A DNA stretch of 64,000 nt from the NCBI GenBank assembly GCA_963805625.1, contig CAWDVE010000019.1, positions 224,001 through 288,000 on the forward strand. Direction: 5' to 3'. The notes under the pieces were generated by a model. That model did no database searches, had not been told where the DNA came from, and saw nothing but the letters and a program-made list of their open reading frames with translations. Of the stretch, positions 20,538 through 31,172 are shown piece by piece. The translations under genes were made by a program, and so were the position numbers. The number at the start of each line of letters is the position of its first letter. Positions within the stretch are counted from its first letter, which is position 1. This stretch comes from an uncultured Candidatus Rokubacteria bacterium (GTDB lineage: Bacteria > Methylomirabilota > Methylomirabilia > Rokubacteriales > DASRDR01).

Positions 20538-23024
20538 ATGAAGGGCAAGCTTACCGTCGTGCCGGCGGGCCCGAGGCCTGCGCCGGACCGGGCGCCGGGC
20601 GAGACGGCGATCGACCCCGTGTGCGGCATGACCGTGGATCCCCGGACGGCCGCGGGCTCGCATGACCACGGCGGCCGCACCTACTGGTTCTGCGCCACCA
20701 GCTGTCTCGAGCGATTCCGCGCCGACCCCGAGCGATACCTGGCCAGGGGCGCGCGCTCCGAGACTCACGCCTCCGCTCCGACCGCCGCCGCGCCCTCCGG
20801 TGACTTCACGTGCCCGATGGATCCCGAGGTCCGCCAGTCCAGGCCGGGAGCTTGCCCGAAATGCGGCATGGCGCTCGAGCCGGTCACGGTCGAGGCTCTG
20901 CCGACGCGCACCGAGTGGGTCTGCCCGATGCATCCGGAGATCGTGCGGCCCGGGCCGGGGGCGTGTCCGATCTGCGGCATGGCGCTCGAGCCGCGGGTCG
21001 TCACGCTCGAGGAAGAGGTGAGCCCGGAGCTTCGCGACATGACGCGCCGGTTCTGGGTCGGGCTGGCCCTGACCGTCCCGCTCCTGGCCATCGCCATGTC
21101 GGACCTCATCCCCGGGCAGCCGCTCCAGCACGCCGTCTCGCCGCGCCGCCTCGCCTGGCTCGAGTTCGTGCTGGCGACCCCCGTCGTGCTCTGGGGCGGC
21201 GCGCCCTTCTTCGCGCGCGCCTGGGCGTCCTTCGTGAACCGAAGTCCGAACATGTTCACGCTGATCGCCCTCGGCACGGGCACCGCATACGGCTACAGCG
21301 TGGCGGCCGTGCTCGCGCCGGGCCTCTTCCCGCCCGCCGTGCGGGGCCACGGAGGAGAGGTCGGCGTCTACTTCGAGGTGGCGGCGACCATCACGGTGCT
21401 GGTGCTGCTGGGACAGGTGCTGGAGCTTCGCGCCCGGAGCCGGACGAGCGGCGCGATCCGGGCTCTGCTGGGGCTTGCCCCGACGACGGCGCGGGTTCTT
21501 CGCGACGACGGGCGGGAGGAGGACACACCGCTCGCCGAGGTCGCGGTCGGCAATCGGCTTCGCGTGCGGCCCGGCGAACGGATCCCGGTCGACGGCGCCG
21601 TCCTCGAGGGGCGGAGTGCTGTCGACGAGTCGATGATCACCGGCGAGCCGCTGCCCGCCGAGAAGGCCCCCGGCGACCGGGTCACGGGGGGCACCGTCAA
21701 CGGAGCCGGCGCCTTCGTGATGCAGGCCGAGCGTGTCGGGCGTGACACGCTGCTCGCCCGGATCGTCCAGCTGGTCGGTGAGGCCCAGCGGAGCCGCGCC
21801 CCGATCCAGCGCCTGGCGGACCGCGTGTCCGCCTACTTCGTGCCGGCCGTGGTGGCCGCCGCGATACTGAGCGCCGTCGCCTGGGGAACGCTGGGGCCCG
21901 AGCCCCGCCTCGCCTACGCGCTCATCACGGCGGTGGCGGTGCTGATCATCGCGTGCCCGTGCGCGCTCGGGCTCGCGACGCCGATGTCGATCATGGTGGG
22001 CACGGGGCGCGGCGCGACGGCGGGCGTCCTCGTCAAGCACGCCGAGGCGCTCGAGATCCTCGAGAAAGTCGACACCGTCGTCGTCGACAAGACGGGCACG
22101 CTCACGGAGGGACGGCCCCGGCTTGCCACGCTCGTGGCCCTGCCGCCCCACGACGAGGCCGAGCTCCTGCGCCTGGCGGCGAGCCTCGAGCGGGGGAGCG
22201 AGCATCCGCTCGCGGGCGCCATTGTCGCGGGCGCGCGCGAGCGCGGGCTCGCGCTCGAGGAGGCCGTCGACTTCCGGGTCGTGCCGGGGCAGGGGGTGTC
22301 CGGCCGGGTCGGTGATCGCCGGGTCGCGCTCGGGAACGCGAAGCTTCTGGAGACGCTCGGCGTCCCGCCCGGCGACCTGAGCGAGCGAGCCGAGGCGTTG
22401 CGCCGGGAGGGGCAGACCGCGGTCCTCCTCGTCGTCGACGACCGCCCGGCGGGCCTCGTCGCGGTGGCCGATCCGATCAAGGCTTCGACCCTGGAGGCAC
22501 TGCGGTCGCTTCGCGAGGACGGGATCCGCGTCGTCATGGTCACGGGAGATAGCCGCACCACGGCGGAAGCGGTCGCCCGGACGCTCGGGATCGACCAGGT
22601 CGAGGCCGAGGTCTTGCCCGATCAGAAGGTCGCCATCGTCAAGCGGCTGCAGGCCGCGGGGCGCATCGTGGCGATGGCGGGCGATGGGATCAACGACGCT
22701 CCGGCGCTGGCCCAGGCCCACGTCGGGATCGCGATGGGGACCGGCACGGACGTCGCGATGGAGAGCGCGGACGTCACCCTGGTGAAGGGCGATCTCAGGG
22801 GCATCGCGCGGGCCCGGCGGCTCAGCCGCGCGACGATGCGAAACATCCGGCAGAACCTGTTCTTCGCGTTCGTCTACAACGTGCTGGGAGTGCCGCTCGC
22901 GGCCGGAATCCTTTACCCCGTGCTGGGCCTCCTGCTGAGCCCGATGGTCGCGAGCGCCGCGATGACCTTCAGCTCGGTCTCGGTCATCGGCAACGCGCTG
23001 CGCCTCCGCCGCATCAAGCTCTGA
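20538..23024 (+). CDS. copA: Cu(I)/Ag(I)-translocating P1B ATPase with YHS and two CPM(H/D) heavy-metal domains
   Basis: DPVCGM (YHS), TGEP, CPC, DKTGT, HP, GDGIND, YN and MxxSS. Confidence 0.94.
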   Translation: MKGKLTVVPAGPRPAPDRAPGETAIDPVCGMTVDPRTAAGSHDHGGRTYWFCATSCLERFRADPERYLARGARSETHASAPTAAAPSGDFTCPMDPEVRQSRPGACPKCGMALEPVTVEALPTRTEWVCPMHPEIVRPGPGACPICGMALEPRVVTLEEEVSPELRDMTRRFWVGLALTVPLLAIAMSDLIPGQPLQHAVSPRRLAWLEFVLATPVVLWGGAPFFARAWASFVNRSPNMFTLIALGTGTAYGYSVAAVLAPGLFPPAVRGHGGEVGVYFEVAATITVLVLLGQVLELRARSRTSGAIRALLGLAPTTARVLRDDGREEDTPLAEVAVGNRLRVRPGERIPVDGAVLEGRSAVDESMITGEPLPAEKAPGDRVTGGTVNGAGAFVMQAERVGRDTLLARIVQLVGEAQRSRAPIQRLADRVSAYFVPAVVAAAILSAVAWGTLGPEPRLAYALITAVAVLIIACPCALGLATPMSIMVGTGRGATAGVLVKHAEALEILEKVDTVVVDKTGTLTEGRPRLATLVALPPHDEAELLRLAASLERGSEHPLAGAIVAGARERGLALEEAVDFRVVPGQGVSGRVGDRRVALGNAKLLETLGVPPGDLSERAEALRREGQTAVLLVVDDRPAGLVAVADPIKASTLEALRSLREDGIRVVMVTGDSRTTAEAVARTLGIDQVEAEVLPDQKVAIVKRLQAAGRIVAMAGDGINDAPALAQAHVGIAMGTGTDVAMESADVTLVKGDLRGIARARRLSRATMRNIRQNLFFAFVYNVLGVPLAAGILYPVLGLLLSPMVASAAMTFSSVSVIGNALRLRRIKL

Positions 23025-23135
23025 AGGAGCGCGGCGCGAGTCGAGCGCGCCGCCACCGCGCGCGGCTCGGGCGAGGCAAGCTCGCCTCCGGGCCACTCCG
23101 GTCGCGGCGCGCGGGCGGGACCGTGCCGCAGGGAG

Positions 23136-24125
23136 TCATCGGACCCCGTGCACGGGATCCGCCACGGGACAGCGCGGCGGCTTCCCGTGGAGCGCCCGCA
23201 GGACGTCCTCCGCGAGGAGCCGCTGGAGGTCGCGCATGGCTTCCTCCGAGTACCACGCGGAGTGAGGCGTCAGGACGACCCGGGGGTGCCCGATCAGGGG
23301 ATGGTCCTGCGGAGCCGGCTCGATGGCGACGACGTCGAGCCCCGCGCCGGCGAGGTGGCGCCGCCCCAGGGCGTCGAGGAGCGCCGGCTCGTCCACGAGG
23401 CCGCCCCGGGCGACGTTGATCAGGTACGCTCCGGGCTTCATGCGCGCGAGCTCGTCGCGCCCGATCATGCCCTCCGTGGCCGGCACCAGGGGCGCGTGCA
23501 GCGACACGAAGTCGGACTCCGCGAGAAGATCGGGGAGCGGACGCCAGTCGATCCCGGCGGCAGCCGCCTCGGCCGGGCTGAAGACGGGGTCGGTGCCGAG
23601 GACCCGAAGCTCGAGGGCGCGCGCCTTCGCGGCCAGCCGTCGGCCGATCCGGCCGAGGCCCACGACGCCGAGTGTCCGCCCCCGCAGCCGGTGGAGCGGC
23701 CGCGCGGCGGCACCGTAGTCCCACGCCCCGGTCCGGAGCGCCGCGCCAAGGGGAGCCAGGCCGCGCGCGCATGCGAGGAGGAGACAGAGCGCGTGGTCGG
23801 CGACCTCTTCGGTACCGTAGTCCGGCACGTGAACCACGACCATGCCCTGCCGTCGCGCCGCGCCGACGTCGGCGTTGTCGACGCCGGCGCCGTAGAGCCC
23901 GAGTACCCGGCAGCGGGAGAGCCGTCCGATGAAGACGGCGTCGATCGGCGTGTCCTGGACGAGGAGGGCGTCGCACGCCGCGGCCTCCCGGAGACGCGCC
24001 TCGGGCGCGAGCTCGGCGCCGTCGATCACCTCGATCCCGTGGGGCTCCAGCACCGCGCGTTCGGGCGTGAGGTCCGGGAACACGTGGGTGAGCACGAGGG
24101 CGCGGGGTCGGGCGCCGCCCGTCAT
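23136..24125 (-). CDS. D-isomer-specific 2-hydroxyacid dehydrogenase (CtBP-like)
   Basis: VPDYGTEEVADH, GLGRIG, INVARG, TPHSAWYS. Confidence 0.92.
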   Translation of the reverse strand: MTGGARPRALVLTHVFPDLTPERAVLEPHGIEVIDGAELAPEARLREAAACDALLVQDTPIDAVFIGRLSRCRVLGLYGAGVDNADVGAARRQGMVVVHVPDYGTEEVADHALCLLLACARGLAPLGAALRTGAWDYGAAARPLHRLRGRTLGVVGLGRIGRRLAAKARALELRVLGTDPVFSPAEAAAAGIDWRPLPDLLAESDFVSLHAPLVPATEGMIGRDELARMKPGAYLINVARGGLVDEPALLDALGRRHLAGAGLDVVAIEPAPQDHPLIGHPRVVLTPHSAWYSEEAMRDLQRLLAEDVLRALHGKPPRCPVADPVHGVR

Positions 24126-25300
24126 GCGCGCAGGAGCTCCGCGAGGCGCTCACGATCGAGCGTCACGCCGAGTCCGGGCCGGTCGGTCGGTCGCACGGTA
24201 TCACCGCGGACATCCGGCTCCCCGACGAAGAGGGGCCGGCGCGGCGGCAGGGGATCGGCCCAGCATGGCTCGGGGAAGTGCTCGAGCATCGGACAGTTGG
24301 GCGTGGCCATCGAGAAGTGGACGTGCGGGAGCGAGTACGTGTGGTTGATGACGGGGAGCCCCCGCGCCGAGGCCATCGCGGCAATCCGGCGCCCCTCGGT
24401 GAATCCGCCACACCGGTGGAGGTCGGGCTGCGCGATGTCGAGCGCTCCGGCCTCGAAGAGGCGCTCGAACCCCCAGCGGCTGAACTCGTGCTCGCCACCG
24501 GAGATCGGGATCGCCGTCGCGCGGCGGATGCGCGCGTACCCCTCGACGTCGTCGGGGATGACCGGCTCCTCGATCCAGGCTGGCTCGTAGCGCTCGAGCA
24601 TCCGGCACATAGTCTTCGCGTAAGTCGCGTCCCATCCCATGTAGGCGTCGCACGCCACGTCGACCCCGGGGCCAGCCGCTTCACGCATGACGCGCACGTG
24701 GTCCGCGTTTGCCCGCATCCCAGCGAGCCCATCCGCCGGTCCGGCCGGGAAGCGCCCCTTGACTGTCCTGTACCCGGCCGCGACGTACCCGCGCACCTCG
24801 GCCGCGACCCGGTCGGGCCCCACCGGGTGGAGGGCCGAGGCGTAGAGCCGCACGCTCTCGCGTGCTGCCCCGCCGAGGAGCACGTATACGGGCTTGCCGG
24901 TCGCGCGGCCCATCAAATCCCAGAGTGCGATGTCGAGCGCGGAGATCGCCTCGAGCGCTGCGCCTGCCCGGCCGTACGGGATCGAGGCGCGATACATGAC
25001 GTCCCACAACCGCTCCACGTCGAAGGGCGATTCGCCGACGACGAACCGTCGGAGGTGCTGCTCGATCATGAGACGCGCGGCCCCGGTGCCGTCCTCGGTC
25101 CAGCCGAGACCCTGGCGGCCCCCGTCGTCCGTGAGGACGACCAGCGTCATGCCCGGCTCCCAGTACCAAGTCGAGTACGGGTGGCGGTACGCCGGGTACG
25201 CCGAGAGGGGCGACACGAGCGGAAGGTCTTTCTCCCGCTCCCAGAGCTCGGCCCAGAGGCTTCGCCCGAGGTGGAAAGTCTCGATCGCTCCGACTCTCAC
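24122..25300 (-). CDS. Mandelate racemase subgroup enzyme, L-rhamnonate dehydratase-like
   Basis: KGR, CDAYMGW, WIEEP, GGEHEF, QPD motifs; GTG overlaps the upstream stop. Confidence 0.85.
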   Translation of the reverse strand: MRVGAIETFHLGRSLWAELWEREKDLPLVSPLSAYPAYRHPYSTWYWEPGMTLVVLTDDGGRQGLGWTEDGTGAARLMIEQHLRRFVVGESPFDVERLWDVMYRASIPYGRAGAALEAISALDIALWDLMGRATGKPVYVLLGGAARESVRLYASALHPVGPDRVAAEVRGYVAAGYRTVKGRFPAGPADGLAGMRANADHVRVMREAAGPGVDVACDAYMGWDATYAKTMCRMLERYEPAWIEEPVIPDDVEGYARIRRATAIPISGGEHEFSRWGFERLFEAGALDIAQPDLHRCGGFTEGRRIAAMASARGLPVINHTYSLPHVHFSMATPNCPMLEHFPEPCWADPLPPRRPLFVGEPDVRGDTVRPTDRPGLGVTLDRERLAELLRA

Positions 25301-26217
25301 GCGGGGCTCCCGAGTCGGGCCACTGCATCGAGCACGCGGTCCATCAGGAACGCCGCGTAGGCTGTGGTGTCCGCGTCGAGCCGCATCCGGGGGTGCCGCG
25401 GGTACGAGGCGCGGAGGAGCCCTCGGCGGATCAGCAGGTCCTTTTCCAGGTAGTTGTACGACTCCATGCTCTGGAGGGAGTACGCGATCCACGGGTGGAT
25501 GCGGGCGAAGTGCTCGTACGCTTCGGCGGCGCGTCCGGCCCGCCCGAGATCCCACACGCGCTGCAGCACGTCCACGAGGGCGAGGCCGGGCATCACGCCG
25601 ACGATTCCGGCCGGGAGGAGCTCCAGCATGTACTCGCCGCCCCAGCCCTCGAAGACTCCGACGGCGTCCCCGCAGCGGGTCCGGATCGCGCGCACCTTGG
25701 GCCCCATGCGCGGCTCCTCGAGCTTGACGTAGCGGAAGTTCGGGCAGGCGTCGCGGAGGCGCGCGCAGAACTCGGCGCCGACGGCGGGGCCGCTGGGGTT
25801 CCAGTCCTGGACGAGGAGCGGCACGCCCACCGCCTGCCCCACCGCCCGGGCGAACTCGAGGAGGTCGTCCTCGCCGTAGGAGAAGCTCCGGGGGAGCGCC
25901 ACCGAGACGACGGACGCCCCGGCCTTCTCGTTGGCCCGGGCCAGCTCGGCGGCACGGCGCGCCGAGCCGTGGTTCGACTGGCCCATGACCGGGACGCGGC
26001 CGCCCACGGTCTCCACGGCCACGCGCACCGCCTGAAGCCGCTCCTCGTCGGAGAGCTTGTAGAACTCGCTCCCGTAGGCGGGCAGGCACAGGGCGCCGAC
26101 CCGTTGCCGGGCGGCGAAGTCGCAGAGGGCGGCGAGCCCGTCGTGGTCGATGGACTCGTCTTCCCGGAAGGGCAGAGGGATGATCGGCACCACACCACGG
26201 ATGGCAGTTGCACTCAT
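25297..26217 (-). CDS. DHDPS/NAL family aldolase or dehydratase
   Basis: AYGSE substrate loop, Schiff-base Lys in YVKLE, TIM-barrel length. Confidence 0.88.
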   Translation of the reverse strand: MSATAIRGVVPIIPLPFREDESIDHDGLAALCDFAARQRVGALCLPAYGSEFYKLSDEERLQAVRVAVETVGGRVPVMGQSNHGSARRAAELARANEKAGASVVSVALPRSFSYGEDDLLEFARAVGQAVGVPLLVQDWNPSGPAVGAEFCARLRDACPNFRYVKLEEPRMGPKVRAIRTRCGDAVGVFEGWGGEYMLELLPAGIVGVMPGLALVDVLQRVWDLGRAGRAAEAYEHFARIHPWIAYSLQSMESYNYLEKDLLIRRGLLRASYPRHPRMRLDADTTAYAAFLMDRVLDAVARLGSPA

Positions 26218-26258
26218 GGACAGTCCTCGCTCGGGTGAATCGGGGAAACGCGGGGCGG

Positions 26259-26289
26259 CCGGGCAGGGGGCACCACGCCCCCTGCCCGG
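26259..26289. terminator. 13-bp perfect hairpin between the small secreted gene and the DHDPS-family gene
   Basis: CCGGGCAGGGGGC-ACCAC-GCCCCCTGCCCGG; no clear U-tract. Confidence 0.45.
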
Positions 26290-26300
26290 GACGCGCCCGG

Positions 26301-26621
26301 CTACTGCGTCTGGGCGGCCAGGAAGAGGGCGTCCTGCGTCAGCGTCTTTGCTAGCTCAACCTGGGTCACGCACTCCTCCTCCTGGGCGGCGGCCTTGGCG
26401 GTCGCGATGTGGGCCTTTGCCTGGGCCACCCACGCCTGGAGGTCGTTCTTGTCCTGGGCGTCGGACACGCGATTCATCGCGCTCTCCACTTCCTTGAGGG
26501 TGTCCTCGGCCTCTTCGATCCGGGCGCCGCAGTACTTGGTCGGCTCGGCGCCGGCGGGCGTCATGTTGCCCACCACGAGAGCCAGCACCGCGGCCAGCGT
26601 CACCATCCAGACTCCTCGCAT
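26301..26621 (-). CDS. Small secreted helical protein with two Cys (106 aa)
   Basis: GGAGG RBS, signal peptide ending AGA, amphipathic helices. Confidence 0.75.
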   Translation of the reverse strand: MRGVWMVTLAAVLALVVGNMTPAGAEPTKYCGARIEEAEDTLKEVESAMNRVSDAQDKNDLQAWVAQAKAHIATAKAAAQEEECVTQVELAKTLTQDALFLAAQTQ

Positions 26622-26667
26622 CGTCAGCCTCCCCGCCGCGGCACGCCGCGGCGATGCGTGTCGGTTC

Positions 26668-27978
26668 CTAGCCACGGCGCTTGGCGCGGGCGGTCGCCTT
26701 GGCGACCACGTCGGCGGCCCGGTTGAGCGCGTCCTTCACCGGGACCTTGCCCTGGATGGCGCCGTGGAAGTGCTCGGAGAAGGCCCGCATCACGACGAAG
26801 TCCACGCCGTACGGCGAGAGCGAGTGGACCTCGTCGGAGGGGTACTTCGTGAGCTGCTCCTGGTTGAGCGCGAAGATCGGCCACTTCTTGAGCTCTGGGT
26901 CGGCGAGCACATCGTGGCGCACCGGGGTCAGCCCGAGCTCCTTCACGCAGTACATCTGGGCCTCCTGCGAGAGGTATTCCTCGATGAACTTCCAGGCCCA
27001 TTCTTTGTTGCGCGCTCCGGGCCGAGATGCCCCAACCCTCGGAGACCGGCGCCGCGCAGCTGTACTTCTTCTCCGGGTCGTCGGCGTCGCGCGGGATTCA
27101 GCGCCATGCCGTACTTGCCCGAGATCACCGAGAGCTTGGGGTCCTCGAAAGTGAGGTTTGCCCACGACCAGTTGAACGACATCGCGGCCTTGCCCGCGGC
27201 CATGACCTTGTTGTTGGCGCCGCCGCTGAAGGTGCGTAGCGTCTCGGGGAAGACGACGCCGGCCGCCCACATGTCACGGAACCACTGCAGGGCCCGTACC
27301 CCCGCGTCGCCCTGGAACGCCGGATTCCCGTCCTTGTCCCACATCCGGCCGCCGGCCGCGAAGAGCCGGCGCCGGAAGTTGTACCAGAAGTTGTCGTCGT
27401 CCCAGTCGCCGGTGAAGCCGTAGAACTGGGGCGACTTGTTCACCTTCTTCGCCCACTCCAGGATCTCCTGGTAGGTCCGCGGCGCCTGGGGGATGACGTC
27501 CTTCCGGTAAAAGAGCTGCATGTCGAGGTTGTGGAAGGGCAGGCCGTAGATCTTTCCCTTGTACGTGGCCGCCGGCACCCACGGGCCACTGATCTGGTCG
27601 AGCTTCAGCAACCGTGCTCTTGGCCAGATAGGCGTCGAGGGGCTCGATGTAGCCCTTGGGCGCGAAGACGCCGGTGAAGGGATCCGACCACTGCACCACG
27701 TCGTAGAGCGACGTCGCCGAGCCGCTGATCATGTCGGCGACCTGCTTCTCGTAGTTCGCGGTGAACTCCGTGGTCGTGTAGGCGACCTCGATGCCGTACT
27801 TCGCCTGGAAGCGCTTGGCCACCCAGGACGAGATCGGCTCGAAGTCCTCCTGGCAGACACTGAGCTTGGCGGGCTTCGACTGGGCCGGGGTCTCGCGTGG
27901 GTCGGCGAGACCGCGGACCGCGAGGGCGCCCGCGCTGGCAGCGGTGAGGAACGAACGCCGGGTCATTCCGAGACTCAT
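26668..27978 (-). pseudogene. Sugar ABC substrate-binding protein (Tat) with three +1 frameshifts; pseudogene or assembly error
   Basis: TRRSFL Tat motif; coherent SBP sequence switches frame near 27612, 27092 and 27013. Confidence 0.8.
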
Positions 27979-27997
27979 GCAACACCTCCTGTGTGAG

Positions 27998-28888
27998 TTA
28001 GCCGGTCACGGCGCCGGCGGTGAGCCCCTTGACAAGATACCGCTGGAAAATCAGCGCGAGTGCGAGCGGGACCAGGAGCGTGATCACCGCCTGCGCGGAC
28101 ATGAAACCCCAGCGGGCCTGGATCTCCCCGACGCCGAGGGAGACGACGACGGATACGGGTTTGATGCGCGTCCCCGTGAGCACGAGCGCGAACATGAGCT
28201 CCCCCCACGCCGAGAGGAAGGCCCACACGACCGAGGCGACGAGTCCCTGCACGGACAGCGGCAGGACGATCCGCCAGAGCGCCCCCCACGCGGAGCACCC
28301 GTCCACCTGGGCCGACTCCTCCAGTTCGCGGGGGATGCCCTGGATGAAGCCGAGCATCATCCACGCCACGAACGGCGTGAAGAAGCCGACCAGCGGCAGC
28401 ACGTAGCCCGGGTAGGTATCGACCAGGTCGAGGCGCCGGATGATCAGGAAGAGGGGGATCAACACGGCGAGGCCCGGGATCATCTGAATGATGATGTAGG
28501 CGCGGATCAGAGTGATCCGACCGGGGAAGCGCAGACGCGCGAAGGCGTAGGCGGCCAGCGAGCCGAACAGCACGGTCCCCGCCGCCACCAGGCTGGCCAC
28601 CGCGCTGGTCGCGCGGAGTGCGTCGAGCAGGAAGTACCCGTACTCGGCCGTCACGCCGAACTCGATCTGGCCCGTCGACCATGGCATCAGGAGGGCCTGG
28701 TAGTAGCCGAGCTGGATCCGCCCCGGGACGATCAGGTCCGCCGACAGGCGGATGAAGTCGGTCTCGACGAGGATCGACGAAGCCACCATCCATGCCACCG
28801 GCAGGAGCGTGTACCCGAGGAAGAGCCCGACCAGCGCGTACAGGCCCAACCGGCCGAGGAGCCAGCGGAGCCGGCGGCGCGCCGTCAC
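27998..28888 (-). CDS. Carbohydrate ABC permease (MalG-like)
   Basis: IPRELEESAQVDG EAA motif; QRYLVKGLTAGAV. Confidence 0.93.
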   Translation of the reverse strand: MTARRRLRWLLGRLGLYALVGLFLGYTLLPVAWMVASSILVETDFIRLSADLIVPGRIQLGYYQALLMPWSTGQIEFGVTAEYGYFLLDALRATSAVASLVAAGTVLFGSLAAYAFARLRFPGRITLIRAYIIIQMIPGLAVLIPLFLIIRRLDLVDTYPGYVLPLVGFFTPFVAWMMLGFIQGIPRELEESAQVDGCSAWGALWRIVLPLSVQGLVASVVWAFLSAWGELMFALVLTGTRIKPVSVVVSLGVGEIQARWGFMSAQAVITLLVPLALALIFQRYLVKGLTAGAVTG

Positions 28889-29838
28889 CGCTCGCCCTCC
28901 ACCTCGAGCCGGAGGGGGAAGAGGCGGAAGTAGACAGCGGTCAGCGCGAGGATGACGAGGAAGAGCGCGTACGCCAGGGTCGCCCCGTAGCCGAAGTTCA
29001 GGCCCTTGAAGGTCTGCACGAAGACGTTGAAGTACCAGACCATCGTGTCGGAATAGCCGTTCGTCAGGACGTAGATGAGGTCGAACACTTTGAAGGACGA
29101 GATCGTCGTGAGCACGATGAGGGCAAGGCCGATCGTCCGGATCGAAGGGAGAGTCACGTACCAGAAGCAGCGCCAGGGACCGGCCCCGTCGACCCGGGCC
29201 GCGTGGTAGAGCTCCTGCGGGATTGTCTGGAGCGCGGCGAGGAGGAACAGCGCGACCAGAGGGACACTCGTCCACACCTGGCAGAACGCCACCGTGTTGA
29301 TGGCGAGCGTCGGGTCGGTCAGCCACGGGATGCCGTGGTGAATCAGCCCGAGCTTGCGCAGGATGGTGTTGACGATTCCGATGCCCGAGTTGAAGGCGAG
29401 GCCCCACATTCGCCCGGAGACGACGGCGGGGATCGCCCACGGCACGAGGAGGACGAGCCGGCAGAAGGCCCGGCCGTGGAACTCCTGGTTGAGAAGGAGG
29501 GCGATGCCGAGGCCGAGGACCAGGGAGGCGATCACCACCACGCCGGTGAAGTAGACGGTGGCGCGCAGGATCGGGCCGAGCGTGGCATCCTCGCCCATGT
29601 GACGCCAGTTCTCGAGGCCGACGTACTCCGCGTCGATCCCCCGGACATCGACCTGGACGTCCTGGGCGGTCAGCCACATCGAGTAGGCGATGGGGTACAG
29701 CTCGAGCGCGATCAGGAGCGCGAGGCTCGGCAGGACGAGCCCGTAGGCGAGCCGGATGGTGGCCGCCCGTTGTGTCGCACGCCGCCGGGCGCCGCCGCGC
29801 GTGACGGTCCCGGCGACGATCGCGTCATCCTCCCGCAT
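28885..29838 (-). CDS. Carbohydrate ABC permease (MalF-like)
   Basis: YVGLENW, PWAIP, LQTIPQELYHAARVDGA. Confidence 0.93.
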   Translation of the reverse strand: MREDDAIVAGTVTRGGARRRATQRAATIRLAYGLVLPSLALLIALELYPIAYSMWLTAQDVQVDVRGIDAEYVGLENWRHMGEDATLGPILRATVYFTGVVVIASLVLGLGIALLLNQEFHGRAFCRLVLLVPWAIPAVVSGRMWGLAFNSGIGIVNTILRKLGLIHHGIPWLTDPTLAINTVAFCQVWTSVPLVALFLLAALQTIPQELYHAARVDGAGPWRCFWYVTLPSIRTIGLALIVLTTISSFKVFDLIYVLTNGYSDTMVWYFNVFVQTFKGLNFGYGATLAYALFLVILALTAVYFRLFPLRLEVEGER

Positions 29839-29840
29839 GC

Positions 29841-30962
29841 TCAGGCCACCCGGTAGCGTTCCAGCACCTGCTCGTCGAGCGTGATGCCGAGCCCGGGTCC
29901 CTGGGGCACGGCGACCATGCCGTCGGAGTCGATCCAGAAACGGGGATGCACGAGATCCTGGGCGAGCGGCGAGTCCCACACGCAGAACTCGAGGAACGGC
30001 GCCTCGGGCAGGGCGGCCAGGAGGTGCAGCGTGGCAGCCTTCAGGATCCCGGTCTTGAAGGCGTGCGGCACGCAGGGCACTCCGCGAAGCCGGGCGAGCT
30101 CCGCGATGCGGCGCGTCTCGGTCAGGCCGCCCGCGTGCGCGATGTCCGGCTGGATGACGTCCACCCGCCCCTCGTCGAGGAGCTGCTCGAACTCCCAGCG
30201 CGTCACCGACTGCTCGCCGCACGCGATCCGCGTGTCGACCGCGTCAGCGAGGCGGCGGTACCCGCGGAGGTCGTCCGGCAAGAGCGGCTCCTCGATCCAG
30301 TAAGGCTCGAATCGCTCCATCCGCTGCACCTGCCGGATTGCCGTCGCCGCGTCCCAGACGAGGCCGATGTCGAACATGAGCGTGACCCGGTCCCCCACCG
30401 CGCGCCGGGCCGCCTCCACGAGAGCGACGTCGGTATCGAGCGACCGCCCGAAGCCGCCCCAGCCCAGCTTGACCGCGGTGAACCCTCCGGAGGCCCATCG
30501 CTCCGTCTCGCGCCCGGCCTCTGCCGGCGTCTCCGGCATGAGGGTGGACGCGTAGGCGCGCACCCGGTCGCGGTGGGCGCCGCCGAGGAGGCGGTGCACG
30601 GACTGGCCGAGCGCCTTCCCGCAGAGATCCCAGAGGGCGATGTCGATGCCGCTGAGTGCGTGGATGCCGACCCCGCGCCGACCGAAGTAGAGCGATCCAC
30701 GGTAGAGCTTCTCCCAGAGCCGGCCAACGTCGCGAGGGTCTTCCCCGAGTAGAAGGTGACGGAGCCCGGCGCAGGTGAGATGCGACTTCGGAGCTTCGAT
30801 CGCTGCCTTCACCACCTCCGGCGCGGAGTCCACCTCGCCGATCCCCACCAGGCCCGCATCCGTGTGAATGCGGACGATCAGCGTGTCCTGGGTGCCGTCG
30901 GAGATGTCCTGGACCGGGTCGTGCCTGCGGAGGACGATCGCCTCCACGTCGGTGATCTTCAC
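29841..30962 (-). CDS. Mandelate racemase/muconate lactonizing enzyme family dehydratase
   Basis: IDIALWD, KLG, D/E/E metal ligands (MFD, IEEP, CGEQ), QPD, PH. Confidence 0.92.
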   Translation of the reverse strand: MKITDVEAIVLRRHDPVQDISDGTQDTLIVRIHTDAGLVGIGEVDSAPEVVKAAIEAPKSHLTCAGLRHLLLGEDPRDVGRLWEKLYRGSLYFGRRGVGIHALSGIDIALWDLCGKALGQSVHRLLGGAHRDRVRAYASTLMPETPAEAGRETERWASGGFTAVKLGWGGFGRSLDTDVALVEAARRAVGDRVTLMFDIGLVWDAATAIRQVQRMERFEPYWIEEPLLPDDLRGYRRLADAVDTRIACGEQSVTRWEFEQLLDEGRVDVIQPDIAHAGGLTETRRIAELARLRGVPCVPHAFKTGILKAATLHLLAALPEAPFLEFCVWDSPLAQDLVHPRFWIDSDGMVAVPQGPGLGITLDEQVLERYRVA

Positions 30963-31028
30963 GACGGTCCTCCCGCGCGCCTCGGTTTCACGATGTGGAC
31001 CGACACTCCGGAGGGTGAAGTCGGCGGC

Positions 31029-31057
31029 ACGCTAGCACGCACCTCAGATGCCGTCAA
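31029..31057 (-). promoter_or_regulatory. Sigma70-like promoter of the sugar-acid operon
   Basis: TTGACG-17 nt-TAGCGT on the minus strand. Confidence 0.6.
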
Positions 31058-31172
31058 CGGGAACGCCGCGCGAGGCCGCGTCGTCGGTTCGACCGTGCGT
31101 GAGTGACCGTCTCGTCGTCGCGGCTGGATCGTCGACGGGCAGCGATCGGTCGGTACCTGGGAACGCCGGCGG

